Assembly: GCF_001194135.2 (NCBI RefSeq)
Contig: NC_068997.1
Span: 52,758,196-52,822,195, forward strand
Source of the DNA: Octopus bimaculoides
Lineage: Eukaryota
Direction of reading: 5' to 3'
DNA length: 64,000 bases
Position 1 is the stretch's first letter. Every line of letters begins with the position of its first letter. Of the stretch, positions 26,358 through 37,853 are shown one piece after another. Below the pieces are notes generated by a model. That model worked only from the letters and a program-made list of their open reading frames with translations. It searched no databases and had not been told where the DNA came from. The position numbers were made by a program, and so were the translations under genes.

Positions 26358-27821
26358 ATATACACATACATACATATATGTATACATATACACATAAGGA
26401 TAAGCATATTAAAAGGGGTCCATGGGAAAACTCATTTAGATAAGTGGTTTGGGAACCACTGATCTAACCCATACGGCTGTGAAAAAATTGGTGTTAAACA
26501 AATAAATGTTTTCAGTGATAGCTGTAACAATACATGCTAACTTTACCGATTATTCTCAGCTTTATATGTATTCTCAAAGATTCCTTATCATTGTTCTTTA
26601 TTTATAACATACTGTCTCATTCCTCATGGTCCCTCAATCTCATAACCATATATGTTTTGTTATTTTAATCCTTAAGGAATTCTCTTATGAATGCAATTCT
26701 TCAGGTAAGCTTTACTTTAGGGGAAACCTGTGTCATTGAATACTGCTCTGATCTTGTATTGTTTACAGATTCTTTCTAACTTTTCAGGTCAGATGATTGC
26801 AATGAGACACAGGCAATAGATTATTTTGATTTATTTACCTGTTATTTGATATTAGACTCCAGGTAATATGGTAGTAGACATTTGTATACTAGTCATTGTT
26901 TGTAGGTCCTTCAATCGGCACATATAAATCTTTATTTTCCTGATGTTGTAGGTGTCTAATGTTACCATTCCTAACACCATGACCATGGAAAGACCTGTAG
27001 TTTTTCTTTTACATAAACTTCACTGTTTGCTGTTTTATGTTTAACCTATATTTGTAGCATGTTAGGACACCGGAATTTTCCCTTGATTTCTTGAAATTAC
27101 CTCCTTTCCTCATTCAGGGATGTTCACAAGAAAAATTGTTCTAAATTACGGATTTATCATGTATAACATTCAGTACACCCTGTTTCCTTTATGTATTTAT
27201 GCATGTGTATGTATATGTGTGTGTGTATATATATATAAAGTAAATATATACATGTGCACACTTTATTATTATTATTATTATCATTATTTTTTTTATTATT
27301 GTTATTGTTGAGGTGGCAGGCTGGCGGAATCGTTAGCATGCTGGGTGAAATGCTTAGCGGTATTTCGTCTGTCGCTACATTCTGAGTTCAAATTCTGCCA
27401 AGGTCAACTTTGCTTTTTATCCTTTCGGGGTTGATAAATTAAGTACCAGTTGCATAGTGGGGTCGATCTAATTGACTGGCCCTCTTCCCCAAAATTTTGG
27501 GCCTTGTGCCTAGAGCAGAACAGAAGATTATTATTATTATTGTAGAATTGTTAAGCACGCTGGACAAAAAGCATTGCAACGTTTCACCTGTCTTTGTGTT
27601 CTGAGTTCAAATTCTGCCACAGTTGACTGTGCCTTTTATCCTTTTGGGATCAATGAAAGTAGAAAGGATTATTGTTATTGTTATTATTATTATTTTCTTT
27701 CAATCAGAAGGTTGTTCCAAAAGACAGAGATCTGTGTATGCTACTTACCAAACTTGATAACAAATTTACATATTCTCACGTATAGTTTTCTCTCCTGATC
27801 GTATGTTTGTGTGTGTGTGTG

Positions 27822-27869
<48 letters not shown>

Positions 27870-29585
27870 CATACACACACACACACCTAATATAAATATA
27901 AATGCTTAGCAATCAATATAACAATCATGTTTTAAATGGTAATTCCTGACACCCCTATAATGATAATGAACTTGTCCTAGTTTCAACACCAATATCAGAT
28001 CGTAATCCTTATAATGATGTTTCTTTTCATAAAATTCCATTATATCCAGGTATGGCCAGGTGATACAGTATTCCCAGACTTCTTTCATCCAAAAGCTTTT
28101 TCGTATTGGTACAAAGTGGCAGCTGACTTCCACAAACTGATTCCTTATGATGGCATTTGGGCAGTAAGTACCATTTCTATATTTCTTTACTTTCTTACAA
28201 GAAAATGAAGAATTATTTACATTATTTACATTTGGTGGATATTTATCCTCATCATGTTTGTTGTTAACATGTTTCGGCTGATATACCCTCCAGCCTTCAT
28301 CAGGTGTCTTGGGGAAATTTCGAACCTGGGTTCTCATTCCTAAGGTATTTTTCGATGTTGTTATTATTATTATTATTATTATTCAGGTCACTGCCTGGAA
28401 TTGAACTTGGAATCTTGGGGTTCATAGCCTGCGCTCTTAACCAAACAAGATGAGGACAAATATCCATCAAATGTAAATAATGTAAATAAGAAGTAAAGTG
28501 TTTAGGTCCTTAGATTCTGTGAAATCATGGCTCTGTGGTAAGAAGCTTGCTTCCGAACCACATGGTTTCAGTCCCACTGCATGGTACCTTGGGAAAGTGT
28601 CTTCTACTATAGCCTCGGACTGACCAAAGGCTTGTGAGGGGGTATGGTGGATGGAAACTGAAAGAAGCCTGTCGCGTGTGTGTCTTTGTTTCCCCACCAC
28701 TGCTTGACAACTGGTGCTGGTGTGTGTGTCTCTGAGTGTGTGTGTGTGTATGTGTGTGAGAGAGAGAGTGTGTGTGTGTGTGTGTGTGTGTTTGCCTCTC
28801 ACCACTGGCAGATAACTGTTGGGTTTTTTTCTGTCGCTGTAACCTAGCAGTTCAGCAAAACGCACCAAAAGAGCAAGTAGCAGGCTTATAAGAAATAAAT
28901 ACACACACACACACACATGCATTTATGTATTAACGAATTGTTCTTCTGCCATTGCAGGATATGAACGAACCTTCTAATTTTGTGGCCGGTTCTGAAGATG
29001 GCTGTCTTTACAATAACCTTAATTATCCCCCTTTTAATTCACCAGGCAAGTACAAAATAATTTCTTTCTTTTCTCTCTCTCTCTTTCTTCCACTTTCTTC
29101 TCATTTTCTCTCGTCTTCATTTCTTCATTCTTTTCTGCCAGAACTCAAAGACGATGGTGTATTGAGTTGTTCAGTTGTGGTTGCGTGTGTATGTGTGTGT
29201 GTGTTTTATGGGTTGATGAGACACCATTTGTTTGAAACAAGGCATGGAGCTGGACTTAGGCAGTAAGGTCAGAGAAAGAAGGGCTTTGCCCCTTGGCCTG
29301 ATGATTAGTTGGGTGACAAGTTGTCCTCATGTTTTCCTTTATTTATTCATTACTTTGTGACATTTCATGAAAACCTCAGCCACTGATTATAAGTTATAGG
29401 AGATAGCTTGGCAAAGTTGTTGGAGCATCCGATGAAATACCTTACAGTGTATCTTTTGGTGCCTTCCATTCAGAGTTCAAGTCCCAGCTCAGGTCTATTG
29501 TGCCTTTCATTCTTCTGGGAGCCAATAAAAAAAAAAGTACCCGTCCACAGTGGAAATATCAGAGTGACAGACAGGACTCTTTGCC

Positions 29586-29620
<35 letters not shown>

Positions 29621-32600
29621 TGCTTGGAGTTAAAATCTTGCCACATAACCTAATATGTTGCCTTGTTTAATGCCATCACCTGGTCCTTGGTGGACTAATC
29701 CATCATGTTACAAAAATTTTGGTAGGGTCTATGGTTTGAGGATATCATCCTCCCTCCTTCCCTCTTACCTGTCTTGGAGACCTTGTGAAAGTGTCATGGC
29801 AACTGTTTTCCCTTTCCGATTTAGAGATAATCAAACCAAAGCAAAAACAAAAAAAATAGAAATCATTGCTTTGCAACCATTTGCTGTGGAAACAGTAGCA
29901 AGGGATTGTCTGTGCACTTGTCCTTTGGTATTGAGTACTCTTTAATCCTTGCCTGGTACATACAGACACTCACATACATGCACACATACATACACCACAC
30001 TACTTTTGTGATTATTCATTAGTTTTTTTTTAATATTTTGCTTATTTTTGTTTTTGTTTTTTCATCTTTGATTTCCTGTTGTCTGTCAGTCTTTATTTAT
30101 TTATCTATCTTCTTACCTCTCTCTTTATCTATATGATCACATATCTATCTGTCTCTCTATCTATTCAGTTATGTATCTTTCTGTCTGTCTATTTATTTTT
30201 TAGCTATCTATGTATCTATTATCTATTTTTGTCTCTTTATCTATCTCTCTCTCTCTCTCTATCTATCTATATATCTCTCTCTCTCTATCTATCTGTCTAT
30301 CCCCCCAGTTATCTATCAGTCTGTCTGTCTGTCTATCTATCCATCCATCCATTCATTATGCTTCTGTTTGCCTATACATTTTTCTGTTTCTCTAGCTCCT
30401 ATGTTTATCTGCTTGGCTGTCTATCTCTCTAATTATCTATCTCTACTTATCTATCTGTCTTTCTTTCTATCTGTGTATTTACTTGTCTATTTCTCTCTCT
30501 CTCTCTCTATTTATCTGTCTGTCTATCTACGTACCTATCTATCCATTTCTCTTTCTCTCTCCTACAGCAATCCTTGGTTCTAAACTCTATGAAAAGACTA
30601 TCTGTCCATCTGCTGCTCACAACATCTCCTCACACTACAACCTGCACAATCTCTATGGTTACAGCCACACCAAAATATCTGACATGTGAGTCTCATTTTC
30701 TAAACTGCATCTTTTTATGGCATTGTTTATTTTTGTTGTTGTTTCAGTTTTTTTTTTTTTTTNNNNNNNNNNNNNNNNNNNNNNNNNNNNNNNNNNNNNN
30801 NNNNNNNNNNNNNNNNNNNNNNNNNNNNNNNNNNNNNNNNNNNNNNNNNNNNNNNNNNNNNNTATATATATCAGCTGTGGAGCATGGGTCTTCTTGAATA
30901 CAGCAAGGTGCCAGGCCTTGTCAGTCCTTTGTCATCTCATCTGGAAGGTTCAGCACCTTGAGGTCGTCCTTCAGTACTTTGTCCTCCTGGGGTTGTCTTT
31001 CAGTACTTCATTGTGGTTTTGATAGGGACATATGTACAAAATAATCTGACCTGTTGTTTTTTTTTATTGTTTTTGTTTTTCCTAGGGTTCTTCGGAAGCT
31101 TCTCAAGAAAAGAAGTCTAGTCATCAGTCGGTCAACATATGCAGGAACTGGTGTCTACGGTGGACATTGGTCTGGTGACAATCATGCCGCATGGGAAGAC
31201 ATGTACTATTCAATACCAGGTGGGCTCCTTTGCACCTGTCTCCTTTTTGCTTCTTTGTTTTTGTTGTTTTGTAGCCTTTAACCTTTCACTTTTAACCTTT
31301 GACCTAGAACAAAACGAGGCCTCACAAATTTTACTAATTGTCAAGTGGTGGGGAGACAGACACACAGACATGCATACATACACATATACATACATATGCA
31401 TATATAAAATATACGTATATATATGTATATACCTGTAAAATATATGTATACAGGCGCAGGCATGGCTGTGTGGTAAGAAGCTTGCTTCCCAACCACATGG
31501 TTCCAGGTTCAGTTCCACAGCGTGGCACCTTGGGCAAGCGTCTTCTACTATAGCCTCAGGCCGACCTAAGCCTTGTGAGTGGATTTGATAGACGGAAACT
31601 GAAAGAAGCCTGTTGTGTATATATATGTAAGTATGTTTGTGTGTCTGTGTTTGTCCCCCACCAACATCACTTGACAACTTATGTTGGTGTGTTTACGTCC
31701 CCGTAACTTAGCGGTTCAGCAAAAGAGTTTGATAGAATAAGTACTAGGTTTACAAGGAATAAGTCTTGGGGTCAATTTGTTCGACTAAAGGCAGTGCTCC
31801 AGCTTGGCTGCAGTTAAAAGACTACCAAATACTCCACAAGGCACTGGCCTTTATTAATATTAAGGGGGCAAGCTGGCAGAATCGTTAGGATGCCAGGTAA
31901 AATGCTAAGTAGCATTTCATCCAAATTTACGTTCTGAGTTCAAATTTGGCCAAGGTTAACTGTACCTTTCATCTTTTTGGCGTTGATAAATTAAGTACCA
32001 GTGAAACACTGGGGTTGATGTAATCGACTAGTCCCCTACCCCAAAATTGGTGGCCTTGTGCTTTTAGTAGAAAGGATTATTATTATTATTATTATTACAT
32101 GTTTGACTTTTGCTTTGTAAAAGTTGACTCCAAGCCTCACCCAGAGACCTCAAGAGACAACAAGTTAGAAGTTCAAGTTGGTGTTGTTCTTATTATCATT
32201 ATTATTATTATTATTATTTTCATTATTATTATTATAAGACTAGTTGATTGGCTAGTTGATTAAAGGCTGTTAGAGAAAATGCATTGTATTATTTTTTCAG
32301 TGCTTTGCATTCTGAGTTCAAATCTTGCCAAAGTCAACTTTGTCTTCTTTGTCTTTCATTCTTGAAGAGTCAGTAAAATGAAGTACCAGTCAAATATTGG
32401 GGGCAATTTAATCAACTAAACTTTTCTTTACTTCTCTGCTTCACCGTTCCTACATGCTGTAACATTTCTTCAAATTCCTTCTTAAATTTCTCTATTTTCT
32501 CTTATTTTCCCAGAAATGCTAAACTTCCAATTATTTGGTATGCCAATGATTGGCGCTGACATCTGTGGTTTCTTGGATCCCACCACAACAGAACTGTGCG

Positions 32601-35224
32601 TACGATGGACCCAGATTGGAGCATTTTACCCTTTTATGAGGAATCACAATGGATGGAATTTTCCAGTTAGTTTTGTGACTTTGTCCATTTCTTTTAGACG
32701 TGTGTATGTGTGTGTGAGAGAGAAAGAGAGAACGTAACTCTATATCCATGTATGTATATGTTTATATTTATTATCTTCTTTTATTCAAAGTTTAGGTCAG
32801 TGATCCTTTCAACTTTAAGTCATTATCAAATACTTAATAGAAGTCTATATAAATATGTGTAGATACATTTCTAAGCGTGTGTGTGTGTGTGTCACATGGT
32901 TTCGGGTTCAGTGTGTGTTGTGTTCTTGAGCAAGACACTTTATTGCACGTTGCTCCAGTTCATTCATCTGTAGAAATGAATTGTGACATCACTGGTGCCA
33001 AACTGAATCGACCCCTTTGCCTTTCCCTTGGATAACATCGGTCACATGGAGGACAGGGGAGGCTGGTATGCATGGGCGACTGCGGGTCTTCCATAAACAA
33101 CCTTGTAGGTGCAATCCCATGGTCATTCATCACCAAAGGGGGTCTTTACCCTTTTATATGTGTATGTGTGTGTGTGTGTATATTCATATTTATAACTGCA
33201 TGTATGTATATTTGTATATTGCAGGCCCAAGACCCAGCTGTATTCGACGCCCGTGCTCAAAGTGCTATGAGGAAGGTATTACTAACACGCTATAGTCTAC
33301 TGCCTTATCTCTACACCCTTCTTCACTACAGCCATCAAGATGGCTCTGCAGTTGTTTGGCCCTTGTTCTTCATGTAAGTTCTTCTCCCTATCATTTTGTT
33401 TTATATAATGCTTGTTACCTAATATGGGTATTGGGTAGCGACCACTGCAATCTTTTTAGTCAACAAATATTACAAAAAAAAATGAATTGGATTTTGTATA
33501 TTTTTGCTTTTAAGACATTATACAGTGGTACCTGCTTACAGCTAGGCAGACTGTGGCTGTTGATAGTTAAGTGTCTTGGTCGTGGGCATAGTACAGTGAA
33601 CTATGGCTGATTTTGGTTTTACACATTGAAACTGCTTTCTCTGATGAATGTCATTTCGTATTCTTGCTTTTACTGATTCCATTCTTCATCCCCATCATCT
33701 CATTCCTCTCTCTCTCCTTCTCTTTCTCCTTACTGATGTCTTATTTTCCCCCTATTGTGATATCTGTCCACTTATGTCCACTAACGCCCCTTATTCTCAC
33801 TGTTAATGTCTTCTGTCCCCTTCTAATCTCTTCTTTCCAGAGAACCCAATGAAGAGACCTTCAAGATTGATCGACAGTTTTTGTGGGGCAGTGATCTGAT
33901 GATCAGTCCAGTCCTGAAACCAGTAAGTTTTGTTTTGTTTTTATTGAGGGTGGATGATGGAATACCTTTAATGAGGGTGGCTGGGGCATTATTTTTATTG
34001 AGGCCATAATATCTGTATTCAGGGTGAGTAGTGAAATGCCAGTAAAGCACGAAACAAAATTATTTTTTGTGTTATTTTGTTCACCCCCTCTACAATCTGA
34101 GCTCAAATTCTACCCCAAATCCTATTTTCTTCTTGTTTTTTCGAAGTCAATAAGTACTCAGGTAGACATTTTTACTGTATATATCATCATCACTTTCTTT
34201 TTAACTGGTGCCATATAAAATGCACCCTGTTCTCTCTGTAAAGTGGTTGGTGTTCGGAAGGGCATTGAGCTGTAGAAATCCTGCCAGAACCGACAATCGG
34301 AACCTGCTGGAGCGCATCTGGTGTGCCAGCTCCTGTTAAACTGTCCAGCCCATGCCACCATGGAAAGTGGATGTTAAATGATAATGATGATCTTCCATGC
34401 TGGCATGGGTTGCATGCTATGACAGGATCCAGTGAATCCAAGGACTACATCTTGTTCCAATGTCTTGTTTTGGTATTGTTTTTATGGCTGCATGGCCTTC
34501 TTAATGCCAATCATTTTAGAGTGTGGACTGGGTGTTCTTTCGTTCCACCTGCATTATTGAGGTGGCCATGCAGCTTGCAGGACTACAAGCCCTGGGGTGG
34601 GGGGTCAGCTTCATTCTAGGGATGTGAGATAGTTGAACTATGAGAAGACGGGGGCAGTGCAGGTTCTTGTAGCGGATCTGCATGGCTACTCACATTTAGT
34701 AGGGGAAGGGGGCAGAAAGAGAAAATGAACAGTAGCGGCTACAAGAGATAGATAATGGTGATGAGGTACCTAGACGGCCCCACAAGGCACAAATGTGTAT
34801 ATTTGTATTCACAATGTATGTGTACATTTATACGTTTGTATATACACGTATAAATGTACACGTGTATATGTACATACACACCTGTATGTGTGCACATCAT
34901 TACCATCATCATTTAATTCTGTTTTCTATGCTGGTATGGGTTGGATAGTTTGACAGGGGCTGGCAAGGCTGGAAGCTGCACAAGGCACGTCTGTTTTGGT
35001 ATGGTTTTTACAGTTGGGTGCCCTTCCTAATACCAACCACTTTACAGAGTGTACTGGGTGCTTTTTACATGGCAGCAGCACCATTGCTTTTCATGTGGTA
35101 CCAGCACCAACAGGGTCACCAAGTTCCTTGCAAGACAAAAACCCCTAAACTGGGAAGGGGGTTGGGCAGTATTGAGGGTGTGTGGTTTTGTGCCAGTTGA
35201 CAGATTAAAGGTACAGAGGGACAT

Positions 35225-35260
<36 letters not shown>

Positions 35261-37467
35261 ATAATTCTAATGTGTTTGTGTTTCTTCTTGCAGAAAACAT
35301 TCAGTACCAAAGCCTACTTTCCCAAAGGTTTATGGTATGACTTCTACACTGGCAACATGATTAGTTCAGCTGGCCTCTACATGTTCCTCGATGCTCCATG
35401 GGACAAGATTAACCTACATGTTCGTGGAGGTGCAATCATACCAACCATTGAACCTGATGTCACTACTACAGCATCGTGAGTGGTTTTTTTTTTTTTCTTT
35501 CCTTTACTTGAGAGTTTCAGGAGTTTAGTTCAGCCAGGAACTGGTAGATAATATATATGTACACATACATGTATATGTTAGTGTATGTGTGTGTGTGTGT
35601 GTGTGTAAATGAAAGGGTAAAAATGAAAGAAGAAATAGTTATAGTAAAATGAAGTATGATTCAACAGTTGTTTGATGACCACTACACATATTTCGATACT
35701 GTCAGGTATCTGGTAATTCTAACGGTGAACGAGCTCTATTTTGTATACTCTAATATGATTTTAACGGATACACCTCAACCCATATATATATATATAAGTT
35801 TCATCCAGATCTATCCAGCGGTTCTTGAAATATCTTGTCTGTGGACAAACAAGCAAACATGACTGAAAACAATACCTCTGCCTTTGCTAAGGCAGAGGTA
35901 ATAAAGGATTAAGACGTTATGCAAAGTCTCTTACAGCTGTTTCTAGAACAGCTGTGCATATCTCACTGAGCAGAGATTTTCATACAAAAATGATTATATA
36001 TATATATGTAGGCAAACAATTAAAAATGCTTTATAAACTCTGTGACATCCATAACAATATCTTTTAATGAATCTAGAATTACTTAGTTTGTTTCTCCAAT
36101 TGTTAAAATTGTTGTCTGTTTGGAATGTTATTTTCTGTTTTACAGGAGAAAGAAGAAATTTGGTTTATTTGTTGCTGCTGACAGTAACAGCACGTCGAGA
36201 GGGGAACTTTTCTGGGACGATGGAGAAAGTTTCGGTAGGAGACTTATTTTGCATATATATTGAGAGTTGAAATAAGATGGTCATTATTATTATTATTGAG
36301 TGAGAGAGCAGTGCATGCCATCAAAGTAACACTAGGGTAAAATATACGAAGCCCGTTATACCCATCATGACGACCCGTCTGATAAGGGTACACCATGCAC
36401 ATGCATCACAACCATATGTGCGTGACATGGTGATCTCATATAAAGATAAACAGTGCATGACCTTGCAGGTGGGGCCCAGCTAGAATTTTCTTCAGGTCAA
36501 ATAGCCCATCCCACTCCAGAGTTCCCTGAATAAGGATTGCTTAAGGTGAATTATATCCACTAGTGAGGTCATCAGGTAATTCACAAGACAAGACCCTTCA
36601 ACTGAGTGGGGTGTAGTTTTAAGGGAGGTGGCTTTGTACCAGGCGATGAGAGGTTAAAGTGTGAATAGAAGGATAGAAACAGGTAACTTTCTGTAGAGGA
36701 AAGACATAGCTACTCCTTTTCGAAAAGGTGTGAAGATGGTGAAGATATCACAGGTGTGGTTGTATAGTAAGATGTTCACTCCCTAAACTCATGGTTCTGG
36801 GTTCAGTTCCAGTTTTTGGCATCTTAAGCAAATGTCTTCTGCTATAGCCTCATGCCAGCCAAAACCTGTGAGTGGATTTGGTAGATAGAAACTGAAAGAT
36901 GTGTGTGTGTGCTCAAGTGTGTGTTTGTCCCCACAAAACTGCTTGACAACTGGTGTTGGTTTGCTTACATTCTTGTAACTTAGCAGTTTGGCAAACAGCA
37001 TTGACAGAATAAATACCAGGCTTAATAAATAAGTACTGGAGTTGATTTGTTTGACTAAACCCATTTAAGGTGGTAATCCAGCATGGTCACAGTCCAATGT
37101 CTGAAACAAATAAAAAATGAGGATCCTACAGAGGTGATGGTCACTGCCCCCTCCCCTTCCTGGTGAATTAATCATAAATAAAGCAATATATTTATACTGT
37201 ATATCTGTATCTTTTGCCATTGTTACTTCTCCATTTTTTTTTGCACTCTGACCAATCCTTCTTCCCCATCTCTCTCTTGCAGATACAGTGAAGACTGGAA
37301 AATACACACATTTAGTGTTCACGGGTGCACAAGTGAGTTTGAATTTCTTTTTTCTATCTTGTCCTGTCCCTCCTCTATACATACACACATGTATATGTAG
37401 TGTGTGGGGCTAAAATCTATAAATATATTCTGTAGTATTGCTTACTTACATGTGTGTGTGTGTGTGT

Positions 37468-37516
<49 letters not shown>

Positions 37517-37671
37517 TGGTGATTCACCCTGTCATGTCTGAAAGTTCCTCATTCACTCATGGGAACAACCAGATTCAGGTAAAGAAATATTCTTTACATC
37601 AAGTACTGAGTGGACTTTCCATTTGTTAAATCAAATACACACACATGCAGACGTACATACATACATACATG

Positions 37672-37709
<38 letters not shown>

Positions 37710-37806
37710 CACACATATGTACACATACACACACATTTATATTTATGTATATGTATACAAACACATGCATACAGATATATATATATATATACATACACAC
37801 ATAGAT

Positions 37807-37853
<47 letters not shown>

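Noticed and set aside
29050-29055. Canonical GT donor for the DMNE exon
   Set aside because: Weak context (gtacaa) and phase 2, which frameshifts the next exon
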